Shown piece after piece: positions 19,934 through 29,866 of a stretch of 64,000 bases of DNA. This DNA is from Candidatus Methylomirabilis limnetica (GTDB taxonomy: Bacteria > Methylomirabilota > Methylomirabilia > Methylomirabilales > Methylomirabilaceae). A model generated the notes under the pieces. The model was given only the letters and a program-made list of their open reading frames with translations, had not been told where the DNA came from and did no database searches. The stretch is from positions 77,301-141,300 of the forward strand of contig NZ_NVQC01000023.1 of assembly GCF_003044035.1 (NCBI RefSeq), in the 5' to 3' direction. A program made the position numbers and the translations under genes. Position 1 is the first letter of the stretch; every line of letters starts with the position of its first letter.

Positions 19934-22477
19934 CTAGACCGGTGAATTGAGCAGCTTCTTTAGATCATCTCGCCAGTCACGATCCGCGTATTCTCCCTCG
20001 TCCAGGACTTGAAAGCGGAATGTCTCGTCCCGGAAGTCTTCCGCGAGTTTCTGCCAGGGGACTTTCTGGCCAACTTTTTGAAAGTAGCTGCCCACCGTCC
20101 GCTTGTAGGTTGTGTCTTCGTTTCCTTTGAGATGCTTGCCCTTGCTTTCGACCACAACCACAGAGGCAACCGGCTTTTTATTGTGACCCTGTTGAACCAC
20201 GAAATCCGGATAAATCTTATTCCGCTTGTAGCCTTGGATCGAGAAACAATCCACACCAACGAGATTTCGATACCACCACAGGACTTCGGGATGCTTGTCG
20301 AGATACAGTGCGACCGACTTCTCGTACTCATTGAGGTCGTCCGGCACGTAATCAAAGAGGGACCGTTGGACCGGCTCGTGATCGACATGTATCAGCTTCT
20401 TTGTTCCCCGTATCTCAATCTTGGGTGGAATTTCAAAGCGCCCTTCCACACATTCAAGATAGAAGCCGAGCCGTTTGTTTTTGAACAGCGCCTCGAACGC
20501 TTCTTGCGTTTGACGGTCCGTCCCACGCTGGATCAATCCGACAATCTTTTCACGCACCTCAAACTTAACCAGTCCCAACCGGCCTGAAAGCTCCGGGGTG
20601 AGCTGATACAGACGATCAGTCACCCGACTGACGATCTCCCGTAGCTGCTTCTGGCTGAAGTAATTAAACGGCAGGCTGGCTACCAACCAGGCCTTCACCT
20701 GCTCATCAGTCTCCAGGGTAACAGATTCGCGTTCCGCCACACGCTCAAGATCATCTTGTTCAAGGGTCAGGCGATAGATGGAATCCTTTGCCGCTTCGAT
20801 CGCTGCCGTCATGTTCCAATCTATTCCGGCGTAATCGAACCGTGTGACATCGACCTGACTGAGCAAATGCCGGAAATAGTCGAGGACATCGTACGTGTCT
20901 CCGTGCTTGACGCAAAAGCGGGGCAGATAAATCTTACCCTCGAACTCCCGATAGTAACGGCGGAATTCTTCACGAATAGTAGTCACGCGCTTCTGTCCGG
21001 CTTTGCCGTCGTCCGTACTGCGGTCAACGACGCTGGCCGCGTCGCCTTCGTAGCCCTCCTGTTCCAGCGCCTTCTTGACCTCACGAGAAATATCCGCCGC
21101 CTTTCGCCGCAAACAAAACACATAGCTCTCGTTCAGCTCGTCGAACGGCGTCCTCTCCACATACGGCTGCCGAAGCACCCGCCCTACCAGTTGGGTCATA
21201 CTCTGCTGGCTGCCGGTGTTGTTCAGGGAGACCAGGATATAGGCGAAGGGGCAATCCCATCCCTCCTGCAAGGCTGCCTTGGTGATAATCCATTCCACGC
21301 GGCATCCTTCGGCGAGGAGATCAATGCCCTCAATATCGTCAGTGTCCGAGGTCTTGATGGCGATGGCCGATTCATGGACACCCTCTCTCTGCATCAGATG
21401 TTGCTTCACGTCTTCGCTGTGGACGAAGCCGCTGTCCCGCTGGTCCTTCCCTGTCCGTTCGACTTGGACCAGCACGATCGGGCGAATGAGTTTCTCGCTT
21501 TCCCTGTAATGCTTCTCCGCGAGTTTCGCTAAGTGCTCTCTCTTTTCTCGCGCCTGCGTCAGGCAATTCTTCCAAGACGGCTGGTTGGCGTTGGCGATGT
21601 TGATCGGCAACTTGATCATCTGTTCACCAAGCAGTTCTTTGCCGGTTACCCGAACGAGGACGTTGGCTTCCTTATGTGGCGTGGCGGACAGTTCGACCAC
21701 CACTGAGGCATTGAATCCCTCAATGGTCTTCCGAGCGAGCTCGCTGGTGGCCTTGTGTCCTTCGTCCAAGATGACCGGCGGCTCGCAGAGACGGACCAAG
21801 TTGCCTAGCGAGGTTTTGACCAACCTCTCGTCCTGGTCGTCGTCATCCCCCAGCATGTCTAGGTTCAGGAACTGAACCTTGAGCGCCCCGTGCTTTTCTG
21901 GATCATTTTCGGGCGGGAAATGCTGGACGATGTTGCCCCCGCTATCGCGGAAGAACTTGAGCTGCTCGCGCGTCTCGCGGTTGGTACTGGCGAGTTTCAG
22001 GAGTAGGATATTTAGGTTGCTGCGTAACTGCCCCGGCGTCAGGCGAAAAATCTCGTGCTTTTCCCACACCTCAATACGGCGTGACAGCACGAACTCCAAT
22101 GATTCGCGATAGAAGTGCCTACGGTCGCGAAGCGCCTTGAGCGTGTCCTTGTATATCTGATCGCTGGGAACCACCCACAACACCAACCCAGAGCCGTTGC
22201 GGTTCTTCAGAATAGTTTGATAGACAAGCCCAAGAATCTGAGTAGCCAGTAAAGTCTTCCCGCCGCCGGTGGGTACCTTGATGCAACACGTAGGGAGGTC
22301 TTTTCCTAGACCGTTCTTGCGTGGTCGATACTCGCCGGGCAGATGAAACAGTTTCTTCGCTTTATCCCAAGCAGCCAAGGATGCGTACTGACTCCCGGCC
22401 GTTTGCTCCGAAGCCAACGCGTCCAGAAAGAGTTTAACTTCGCTTATGACGCGTTCCTGATAACGCTTCAGTTGCAT
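19934..22477 (-). CDS. res: Type III restriction endonuclease Res subunit (SF2 helicase + nuclease)
   Basis: Walker A VPTGGGKT and DEGH box. 847 aa. Lies immediately downstream of mod. Confidence 0.85.
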   Translation of the reverse strand: MQLKRYQERVISEVKLFLDALASEQTAGSQYASLAAWDKAKKLFHLPGEYRPRKNGLGKDLPTCCIKVPTGGGKTLLATQILGLVYQTILKNRNGSGLVLWVVPSDQIYKDTLKALRDRRHFYRESLEFVLSRRIEVWEKHEIFRLTPGQLRSNLNILLLKLASTNRETREQLKFFRDSGGNIVQHFPPENDPEKHGALKVQFLNLDMLGDDDDQDERLVKTSLGNLVRLCEPPVILDEGHKATSELARKTIEGFNASVVVELSATPHKEANVLVRVTGKELLGEQMIKLPINIANANQPSWKNCLTQAREKREHLAKLAEKHYRESEKLIRPIVLVQVERTGKDQRDSGFVHSEDVKQHLMQREGVHESAIAIKTSDTDDIEGIDLLAEGCRVEWIITKAALQEGWDCPFAYILVSLNNTGSQQSMTQLVGRVLRQPYVERTPFDELNESYVFCLRRKAADISREVKKALEQEGYEGDAASVVDRSTDDGKAGQKRVTTIREEFRRYYREFEGKIYLPRFCVKHGDTYDVLDYFRHLLSQVDVTRFDYAGIDWNMTAAIEAAKDSIYRLTLEQDDLERVAERESVTLETDEQVKAWLVASLPFNYFSQKQLREIVSRVTDRLYQLTPELSGRLGLVKFEVREKIVGLIQRGTDRQTQEAFEALFKNKRLGFYLECVEGRFEIPPKIEIRGTKKLIHVDHEPVQRSLFDYVPDDLNEYEKSVALYLDKHPEVLWWYRNLVGVDCFSIQGYKRNKIYPDFVVQQGHNKKPVASVVVVESKGKHLKGNEDTTYKRTVGSYFQKVGQKVPWQKLAEDFRDETFRFQVLDEGEYADRDWRDDLKKLLNSPV

Positions 22478-22487
22478 GAGAGGATTG

Positions 22488-24158
22488 CTACTTCAAGTTG
22501 AACGGGACAATCATGGGCCGCACCGTCCGCTTCGTTTTCTGCTCAAACTTCGCCAGGTCATCACGGTGCACCCAAATTTTCTCACAGTAAACCACCAAGC
22601 TCCTGTTCTTCTCCATCTTGTCGAGACCCTTGAGCCATTCCATGTCCAATCGGCGGTCTTCCTGACCGTCTGGAGTGTAGAGCAGATAGTAACTGGTCCC
22701 GTGATGTTCACCGATCTTCCCGGTTTTCTCGTTCATCGCCTTCCGGTCGAAGTCTCGGCTGGTCTCCGTATAAAAGATGTACTTGGCGAGATCGTCATAG
22801 CCGGGCAACTGCTTGCCCCAATCGCGGTATTCACCGAAGAGCGGTTTGCCGACGCAGACATAGGCGAAGGAGCCGCCTAGCCCCGTAACTTTTTCTTTCT
22901 TACCCTTCGGGCTCGTATACGTAAACCCCTGAATGACCCGCCGGACCCGCTCCGCTGTGATCTTCTGGCAGATGTTGAACTTGTTCTTCTCCTGCTCTTT
23001 CATTTCGTAGGGAATCTGAACAAGAATAAACCTCCGGTTGCCGCCGTCTTCCTCGTTCAGCCTCAATACTGCATGAGCGGTCGTTCCGGACCCGGCAAAA
23101 GAGTCAAGAACAAAATCGTCTCCCACGGCTACCTGTGCCACCAAGTCCCGAATAAGTAGAGACGGCTTCGGGAAAGGTAATACTGTACCGATCTGGTCTC
23201 CAAATATTTGCCGTATCTCTTCCGTTCCGTCGCTGGTAAAGACTCCGTCAATCACACTCGGGAATCCGAGAACGCCTGATTCCAGTTCTTTAAGGAACAC
23301 CTTCTCTCGTGGCCGTCCTCCTGCTTTTCGTGGCCAAAAGATTCTTTCTTCGGCAATCTTTTGGTCCATCGTCGTCTTACTGCAAATCCATCCTGTTGCC
23401 GGAGGACATCGATACACCTCTTTAGTTTTGGGGTTAACAAAGTCGTAGTGAAGATTGGGTCGCTGTTCTTTAGTCGCTTTGCCTAAAAGGCTACAGCTTG
23501 TCCAATCACCACGTGTATCCTTGTCAGGATTGGAATATTTCGTCTCACTACGCCTTTTTCCAAGAAGCCGACCATCCGAGGATTTCCGATACGCCAGGAT
23601 GTATTCGTGGTCAACCGAAACTCCCGTTTTGGGTCGAGTGTCCGGGAAGTTTCTCGATTTCCAAATAAGCACACCCAGCCTGTTTTCTGGGCCGAAAATC
23701 TCATCCATCATCATCCGCAGATTGTGGACTTCGTTATCGTCGATACTGATGAATATGGCCCCATCGTCGCGAAGAAGTTCCTTCAATAGCTGGAGGCGCG
23801 GATACATCATGCAGCACCACTTATCGTGGCGAGTAGCGTCCTCTCCCTCTTTGCCCACCGCTCGCCCTATCCACTCTTTGAACTGCGGCTGAGTGAGGTT
23901 GTCGTTATAGACCCACCCTTCATTGCCGGTATTGTATGGCGGATCAATATAGATACACTTGATCCGTCCCGCGTGGGTGGGAAGAAGGGCCTTTAAGGCG
24001 ATGAGGTTGTCACCCTCGATGATGAGGTTGCCGTCGAGTGCTGGCTTCTCGCCCTTCCCTAGGACCGACAGCTTGGCGTCGAACTCCAGGGTATGGTGCG
24101 AAATCGTGTGGTGATAGCACTCAATCGCGGTCTTCCCTTTGAACTGCAAAACCGGCAT
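22488..24158 (-). CDS. mod: Type III R-M Mod DNA N6-adenine methyltransferase
   Basis: IYIDPPYN catalytic motif IV then LDSFAGSGTT motif I (beta-class order). 556 aa. Adjacent to res. Confidence 0.85.
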   Translation of the reverse strand: MPVLQFKGKTAIECYHHTISHHTLEFDAKLSVLGKGEKPALDGNLIIEGDNLIALKALLPTHAGRIKCIYIDPPYNTGNEGWVYNDNLTQPQFKEWIGRAVGKEGEDATRHDKWCCMMYPRLQLLKELLRDDGAIFISIDDNEVHNLRMMMDEIFGPENRLGVLIWKSRNFPDTRPKTGVSVDHEYILAYRKSSDGRLLGKRRSETKYSNPDKDTRGDWTSCSLLGKATKEQRPNLHYDFVNPKTKEVYRCPPATGWICSKTTMDQKIAEERIFWPRKAGGRPREKVFLKELESGVLGFPSVIDGVFTSDGTEEIRQIFGDQIGTVLPFPKPSLLIRDLVAQVAVGDDFVLDSFAGSGTTAHAVLRLNEEDGGNRRFILVQIPYEMKEQEKNKFNICQKITAERVRRVIQGFTYTSPKGKKEKVTGLGGSFAYVCVGKPLFGEYRDWGKQLPGYDDLAKYIFYTETSRDFDRKAMNEKTGKIGEHHGTSYYLLYTPDGQEDRRLDMEWLKGLDKMEKNRSLVVYCEKIWVHRDDLAKFEQKTKRTVRPMIVPFNLK

Positions 24159-24633
24159 CTGTCGTTGGACTCCTATGAGTTTGCTAGGGGAATGGGTGGA
24201 GGCTAGACCACGGCTAACTATCCGTCAAGCAAAAACAAAAAGGCTCGAATCGTTCCTAGTCGAACCTTCGCGAGAGGTTGAGGGTCAGGTTTTGACGTTA
24301 ACAATTGAAGTCCCTCACGTGAATAAACGGCCCTTATCCGTCCTCGCTCCCAATTCAGATGCGACTCCACCGCTCCCTGCCCGTTGGCCCATCTGCTCCC
24401 GTCGCCTCGCACGGTTCCGTCTGCCGAACGCCAAGTCGTCCGCTGCCCCAGGTATCGGTCACGCTGAGGAGATTACCGTTGAGATCGTACCCGAATTGGG
24501 TGAAACCGTTCAAGGGATCGTCGATGGCCCGAGCAATAAGTCAACACTCAAGTCTGACCCCGAATTTCTGACCCCTGTGTGATTGCAAGACCTGTCCCTC
24601 TAACCTCCGATCGATTTCGGCCGGGTCCGAATC

Positions 24634-27060
24634 CTATCGCCCGTGGCAGGCTTTATATTTCCTCCCGGAGCCGCACGGACAATGCTCATTCCTGCCAATC
24701 TTCCGCGACGAGGTCGCATGTATGACTTGCTGCTCGATGTGTGACCGGCCTCGAGAGAGCTCCGCTTCGGAGAAAGTGCTAGGCGTTATGATGCGAATCT
24801 TTCTTATGAGATAGGTGCTCTGATTCTTTAGTTGGACCACAAGCCATCTGGTGCTGCCGCCTTGTCGCATCCGCGCAGCGCACCTGACCAGTTCCTCATT
24901 GAAGTTGTTTTCCGAGGCATGGGTGACACTCAGCCCGATTGAGTTGCTGCTGAACGGCAGATGGAGACTTGGCTGTCTGCTTGCACTCCGTCTGCCCTCT
25001 AGAGCTACGAGATTCGCTTCGAACTCGTCTCTGCCTTCTTGGCCCATAGAAAAGAGGATCGAGGCGACCTCGAATCTCCCAGGCAAGCGAGATGTACTTA
25101 GTGCTTCTAAGAAGCCGCTCATCTTTGGGGGTAGGTTCTGTTCCGGAACGCGTGGAGACTCGCCGGCGTAACGTGCAGCAAAATAGAAGTCGATGTGCTT
25201 CATATAGGAAGGATCAAACGACATGTGATCCATTCCTCTGATGGGCAGCTCGTGGTATTGGTTCAGCTTCTGATAGAGGGCGACATGCTCTATTTCGTCA
25301 TGCTGCGACATGACGGTCTCTGATGATGCCTGGAGTCGCTGCTCCAAGAAATGCACGAACTGGAGATCCTTACCAATAAAGAGCTCGGCGACGATTCGAA
25401 GGTCATCAATTGATATGTGCCACGGAAAGGACTTACTGAGTCCCGGGTCGAGGATGGATAGCACAGCGATCTTGGCGCCGACCCAACCAAGGAACTCTCG
25501 GGTAACTACAACCCGAAAGACTCTCCGGTAGTCGGCGATGCGCAGTCTATGTACGACGTTCTTTCCTGACTCATCGTAGAAGACAGTTTCGGGTTGGGAC
25601 TTGATGTAACGCTCAGCTCTTTCTGATTGACGCTGGCCCGCGATGATCAGGTCAGAAAGATCGCTCGCTAGGCTTTTCGGGGCGCCTCGGCTCGCCGCGC
25701 CCGACAGGCCGCCGGATTTGACTTCGACGAGAAAGAGAAGATCATCGACGCCCAACATGATGTCTAATTCGGTCAGGTCGCCAGGACGGTCGGGATTCGG
25801 ATAATAGACCTGCTCAAAGACAAAATCCGGTCGAAGCACACTACTCAAGAGCTCCTTCGATACCTTCTCGATGTGATCCGAATGTTTCTTCGCCATCATC
25901 GTGCCGTCGCCAGCTCTCTTGCTGAGAAGGTCTCCTTCAATGATCTCGGCAATGCGATCTTCGAATCCTGAGTGATAGAACGAATAGAACCGATCGCCGA
26001 CCTGGAGAAACGGCTTGAAGTGCCAAAGGGAGTCGGACAACGGACTCAGGTCATCGTGCTTTGTTAGCGTCGGATCTCGGAGAACTGCTTCTCCTGGCCT
26101 GACTGACAACGTCGATAGAAGTGATCTCGGAAGCGACGTCAAATCGGTTATGTCGAAGATTGCCGGCGTGAAAGTTAGTCGAGCTTTCTCTTGCGCCTCG
26201 GTATGAGCGTCTGCAAACTCGGGTGACGCAACCGCTTGTCTGGTGCGCTCCATGTTCTCTTCCGTGGCGTCTGAGTCCACGGCATACCCTTTCTCTCTGA
26301 GGCGCTCCATCAGGGCATTCGTAGCGCTCATGGCGTCGGCGTATCTGCCCAGCACTCCTGTCTTTTGATACTCCTCGAGGGCCTGTAGTCCGTGCATCAG
26401 GTCCTCGACGCTAATTCCATAGAGCTTCTTGATCCACGGCTCGTAGGGAAACAGTGAGTCTTTCCAATAGTCCCGAAGGAAGAAGGGATAGCGTTGGACC
26501 CGGATCGCTAGCCTAGCCGTGTCCAAATGAAATCGAAGGTCGTCGATTTCAGAAGGCGGAGTCGCCTCAGTCCTTCTTGTAAAGAGATACTGTTGTGTTA
26601 GACGCAGGACATCGAGCGTGAGCGACCAGACCGCCTCCCACTCTTCCTCAGTCGGCTCAGCCCCGGTCGTGTTCGCTTCTGTTCGCGCGATCAGGTACTG
26701 CAAATACTCCACGCCCGGCAGAGAGAATGACTCTTCAGGACCAAACTCGTTCTCAGAGCGGTACTTCAAGAATAGAGGCAGCAGCACGTAGGCGGCGCGG
26801 TGCAGCAGCAGAACAGCATCGTACTTGTGGATCAGGTCCTGGAGGTTGCCAACTTTCTCTGCCAGCTCCTCGTGAATTCTCCTGTTCGCGTCCGCCGCTC
26901 TCCTCAGAAACTCGCGGTGCTCTTCCGGGGTCGACTGGTTCGAGAGCAAAACACTTCGCCCATAGCGGGCGATACTCAGTGGCCCACGGCTAACAACTTC
27001 ATCGGGCGTTGGGCGAATCCACTTCGTTCTGCCCTTTTTTCGGCTGCTCTTCTTTCCCAT
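24634..27060 (-). CDS. large uncharacterised protein: basic N-terminus, central PD-(D/E)xK nuclease-like motif, C-terminal SEC-C zinc motif
   Basis: 808 aa. Central ...FEQVYYPNPDRPGDLTELDIMLGVDDLLFLVEVKSGG (E..D..EVK). C-terminus GRNEHCPCGSGRKYKACHGR. N-terminus MGKKSSRKKGRTKW. Confidence 0.6.
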   Translation of the reverse strand: MGKKSSRKKGRTKWIRPTPDEVVSRGPLSIARYGRSVLLSNQSTPEEHREFLRRAADANRRIHEELAEKVGNLQDLIHKYDAVLLLHRAAYVLLPLFLKYRSENEFGPEESFSLPGVEYLQYLIARTEANTTGAEPTEEEWEAVWSLTLDVLRLTQQYLFTRRTEATPPSEIDDLRFHLDTARLAIRVQRYPFFLRDYWKDSLFPYEPWIKKLYGISVEDLMHGLQALEEYQKTGVLGRYADAMSATNALMERLREKGYAVDSDATEENMERTRQAVASPEFADAHTEAQEKARLTFTPAIFDITDLTSLPRSLLSTLSVRPGEAVLRDPTLTKHDDLSPLSDSLWHFKPFLQVGDRFYSFYHSGFEDRIAEIIEGDLLSKRAGDGTMMAKKHSDHIEKVSKELLSSVLRPDFVFEQVYYPNPDRPGDLTELDIMLGVDDLLFLVEVKSGGLSGAASRGAPKSLASDLSDLIIAGQRQSERAERYIKSQPETVFYDESGKNVVHRLRIADYRRVFRVVVTREFLGWVGAKIAVLSILDPGLSKSFPWHISIDDLRIVAELFIGKDLQFVHFLEQRLQASSETVMSQHDEIEHVALYQKLNQYHELPIRGMDHMSFDPSYMKHIDFYFAARYAGESPRVPEQNLPPKMSGFLEALSTSRLPGRFEVASILFSMGQEGRDEFEANLVALEGRRSASRQPSLHLPFSSNSIGLSVTHASENNFNEELVRCAARMRQGGSTRWLVVQLKNQSTYLIRKIRIITPSTFSEAELSRGRSHIEQQVIHATSSRKIGRNEHCPCGSGRKYKACHGR

Positions 27061-27171
27061 GAGGTCTCAAATCAGAATTATCAGAGAAGCCGTGGAGTTG
27101 CACAAAGAAAGGGGGAGGCTAGGCAACATATCGTGTAGCCAGGGGTCAGCCCCCATAATCTTGTGAGTTTG

Positions 27172-27621
27172 TCAGTTCTTGACCTCCAATTCGCGTAACG
27201 GCACGACAATGCTATGACCCCTCAGCTTTTTCACCATGACCTCGTCGGCAGTGATGAGCGGGTATCCCAGTTGCTCACCAAGAGCCACATAGAGGGCGTC
27301 ATAGATGGTGATCTTGTAGGCCCAGGCAATGGCGTTGGCTTTACGCAGTAGTTGAAAATCAGTATCTGTGACATTGAGGTGTAACCCTTCAAGCCCGGCT
27401 ATGGCTCTTGCTCCATGCTCCTCCTTGGCCCTTGAACCGAAGCGGATCGCGTTGAGAACCTCCAAGAAGGTGAGTTCCGTCACATAGATGGTGCAGCGCC
27501 CTGATACATGGAACTCTTTGAGCGCCAGAGCCCGGTCTCGGTCAGGTTCATCGTGCTCAACAAACCATTTAATGAGAACCGACGCATCTACCACGTAACC
27601 CTGGTGATATGCGGGTATCAT
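27172..27621 (-). CDS. vapC: PIN-domain toxin VapC
   Basis: YVVDASVLIKW (Asp1), LTFLEVLN (Glu), IYDALYVALGE and ITAD acidic residues. 4-nt overlap with the upstream antitoxin gene. Confidence 0.75.
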   Translation of the reverse strand: MIPAYHQGYVVDASVLIKWFVEHDEPDRDRALALKEFHVSGRCTIYVTELTFLEVLNAIRFGSRAKEEHGARAIAGLEGLHLNVTDTDFQLLRKANAIAWAYKITIYDALYVALGEQLGYPLITADEVMVKKLRGHSIVVPLRELEVKN

Positions 27622-27890
27622 CGATCTCCCTTTAAATTTGTATCGCGGAAGCGGCGAATGATCGCTACGGGATCCCAATCCCCAAGCTCTTTAGCCAGGT
27701 CATCAATCCTATGGGAGGCCTCCTGCATCTTCTCCCGCTTTTCCTCTTCTTCCCGCTTCTTCCGTTTCGCCTGCAAGTATTCTTCTAGCGCAGCCTGAAT
27801 GAGAGCGCTGCGATTGGTTCCCTCATCTTTCGCCTCCTCGTTGATCTCATCGAGCAATGCATCTTTCAAGAAAACGTTTACGCGTGCCAT
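27618..27890 (-). CDS. vapB: ribbon-helix-helix (CopG-like) antitoxin VapB
   Basis: MARVNVFLKDALLDEINEEAKDEGTNRSALIQAALEEY, an RHH N-terminus. ATGA overlap with vapC. Confidence 0.7.
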   Translation of the reverse strand: MARVNVFLKDALLDEINEEAKDEGTNRSALIQAALEEYLQAKRKKREEEEKREKMQEASHRIDDLAKELGDWDPVAIIRRFRDTNLKGDR

Positions 27891-28039
27891 GACGCACCTC
27901 CTATAACATCACTAAAGCACATCACCGATGTGTTGTCAAGTATGTTTTAGTGCGACAATCCCTTATTTAAGAAATGCTTAGTGATATCAAGAAGTTGAGA
28001 GAGGGGCGAGGAAAGAATTGCGTAATCGTGACCGTGCAA

Positions 28040-29713
28040 CTACATCCGTTCGGGAGCGGAGACGCCCAGCAACCCAAGCGCGTTGGCCATGACCACGCGA
28101 AGGGCAGCCACCAGCGCCAGGCGAGCGCGCGTGAGATTCCTATCGGCGGAGATAATGCGATGGCGGGTATAGTAGCCATGAAACTGCGCGGCGAGGTCGT
28201 GCAGATAGGTGGTGAGTCTGTGCGGCTCCAGCGCCTGCGCCGCCCCGATCACCAGTTCCGGGTAGAGCGCCAGTTGCTTAATCAACCCGATCTCTTCCTG
28301 CAGATCGAGCGACTCGAGGGCATCCTCTGGGGTGGGAGCTGGAAACTGAGCCTTTGCCGCCTGCCGGAGAATGCTGCACAGGCGTGTGTGCGCGTACTGC
28401 ACGTAGTAGACGGGGTTTTCCTCGGACGCCGACTTGGCGAGCTCCAGGTCAAAGTCCAAATGGCTGTCGCACCGTCTGGTGAGAAAGATGAAGCGCGCCG
28501 CATCACGGCCCACCTCCTCAACCAGCTCGTCCATCATCACGAACTGCCCGGATCGCTTGGACATCCGGACCTGCTCGGTCCCTCGCATTAAACGGACGAG
28601 CTGCACGATCAGGACCCTGAACGCCTCGGGAGGATGGTCGAGCGCCTGCATTGCAGCCCGCATCCGCGCAATGTAGCCATGGTGGTCCGGGCCCCAGAGA
28701 TCGATCACCTGGTCAAACCCGCGAGCGAACTTGTCCTGGTGATAGGCGATGTCCGGAAGAAAATAAGTGATATCGCCGTCGCCCTTCACAAGGACCCGGT
28801 CTTTATCATCGCCAAAGGCGGTCGAGCGAAACCACAGGGCGCTCTCATGCTCATAGAGGAAGCCGCGCTCCCGCAGCGCCTCCATCACCCGCTCTGGCTC
28901 GCGGCGTTCCCGCAGGGCCCGCTCGCTAAACCACCCATCAAAGGTGACCCCGTATGCCTCAAGCGAGGCCCGCTGCCAGCGGAGGATCCGCTCGACCGCA
29001 AAGCGACCCAGTCGATCGCGGCGCTCCGGCTCCGGCGCTAAGAGCGCCTCGGGCCCGTGCTGCTCCAGAAACTCGCGGGCCAGATCGATCAGATAGTCAC
29101 CCGGATAGGCCTCCTCTGGCATGGGGCAGTCCTCACCCAGGCGCTGACGGCACCGCACCTCCATCGCCAACGCGAGGTTGCGGAATTGGTTCCCCGCATC
29201 GTTCACATAGTACTCGCGGTACGGCCGATGCCCGATGGCCTCTAAGAGCCTAGCGATGGCATCACCGATCGCCGCGGCCCTGGCACTGACCACGACGAGC
29301 GGGCCGGTCGGATTCGCGCTGACAAACTCCACGAGTACGCGGCGCCCGCCGCCGACATCAGCCCTGCCGTACGTCGATCCAGCTCGGAGGATCTCCTGAA
29401 CGAGATGACGCCAGAACGGCCTGGCGATAAAGAAGTTCAGATAGCCGGCGCCCGCCACCTCGACGCGATCGACCAGATCGGAAGGAAATGTTGCTGAGGC
29501 GGCAATCTGGAGCGCGATCTCGCGAGGCTTCTGCCTCAGCGCTTTCGCCAGGCCGAAGGCCAGCGTGGTAGAGAGATCGCCGAAGGCCTGGTCGCTCGGA
29601 TATTCCCACGTAAGCTGTGCGGGAGCATCCTGCGCAAGCCCGCTCTCTAAACCAGCCTGCTTGATGGCGGTCAGAAGCGATTTCGTCAGGTTTGTTTTGA
29701 GAGCACTAATCAT
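28040..29713 (-). CDS. argS: arginine--tRNA ligase
   Basis: 557 aa, class I aaRS with KMSKS-like MSKRSG. Anticodon-binding C-terminus ends in ...APERM. Confidence 0.9.
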   Translation of the reverse strand: MISALKTNLTKSLLTAIKQAGLESGLAQDAPAQLTWEYPSDQAFGDLSTTLAFGLAKALRQKPREIALQIAASATFPSDLVDRVEVAGAGYLNFFIARPFWRHLVQEILRAGSTYGRADVGGGRRVLVEFVSANPTGPLVVVSARAAAIGDAIARLLEAIGHRPYREYYVNDAGNQFRNLALAMEVRCRQRLGEDCPMPEEAYPGDYLIDLAREFLEQHGPEALLAPEPERRDRLGRFAVERILRWQRASLEAYGVTFDGWFSERALRERREPERVMEALRERGFLYEHESALWFRSTAFGDDKDRVLVKGDGDITYFLPDIAYHQDKFARGFDQVIDLWGPDHHGYIARMRAAMQALDHPPEAFRVLIVQLVRLMRGTEQVRMSKRSGQFVMMDELVEEVGRDAARFIFLTRRCDSHLDFDLELAKSASEENPVYYVQYAHTRLCSILRQAAKAQFPAPTPEDALESLDLQEEIGLIKQLALYPELVIGAAQALEPHRLTTYLHDLAAQFHGYYTRHRIISADRNLTRARLALVAALRVVMANALGLLGVSAPERM

Positions 29714-29732
29714 AGGATGAGTAATTCCTCAG

Positions 29733-29829
29733 AAAATCCCCCCCACCTTAATCCTCCCCCTCCGAAGGGGGAGGAGTCTGCCTGAGATGTCCCTTCCCCC
29801 CATGAGGGGGAAGGTGAGGATGGGGGGGC
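29733..29829. repeat. poly-C/poly-G hairpin cluster (three hairpins)
   Basis: aaaatcccccccacc, ccccctccgaagggggagg, cccccatgaggggg. Lies between the argS start and the PGM/PMM end. Confidence 0.5.
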
Positions 29830-29866
29830 GAAGTTGCCGTTTCATACGTCGTGGTGCGGTAGCGCC

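Noticed and set aside
20756-21532. 258-aa plus-strand ORF inside res
   Set aside because: Antisense to the res helicase region. No independent support.
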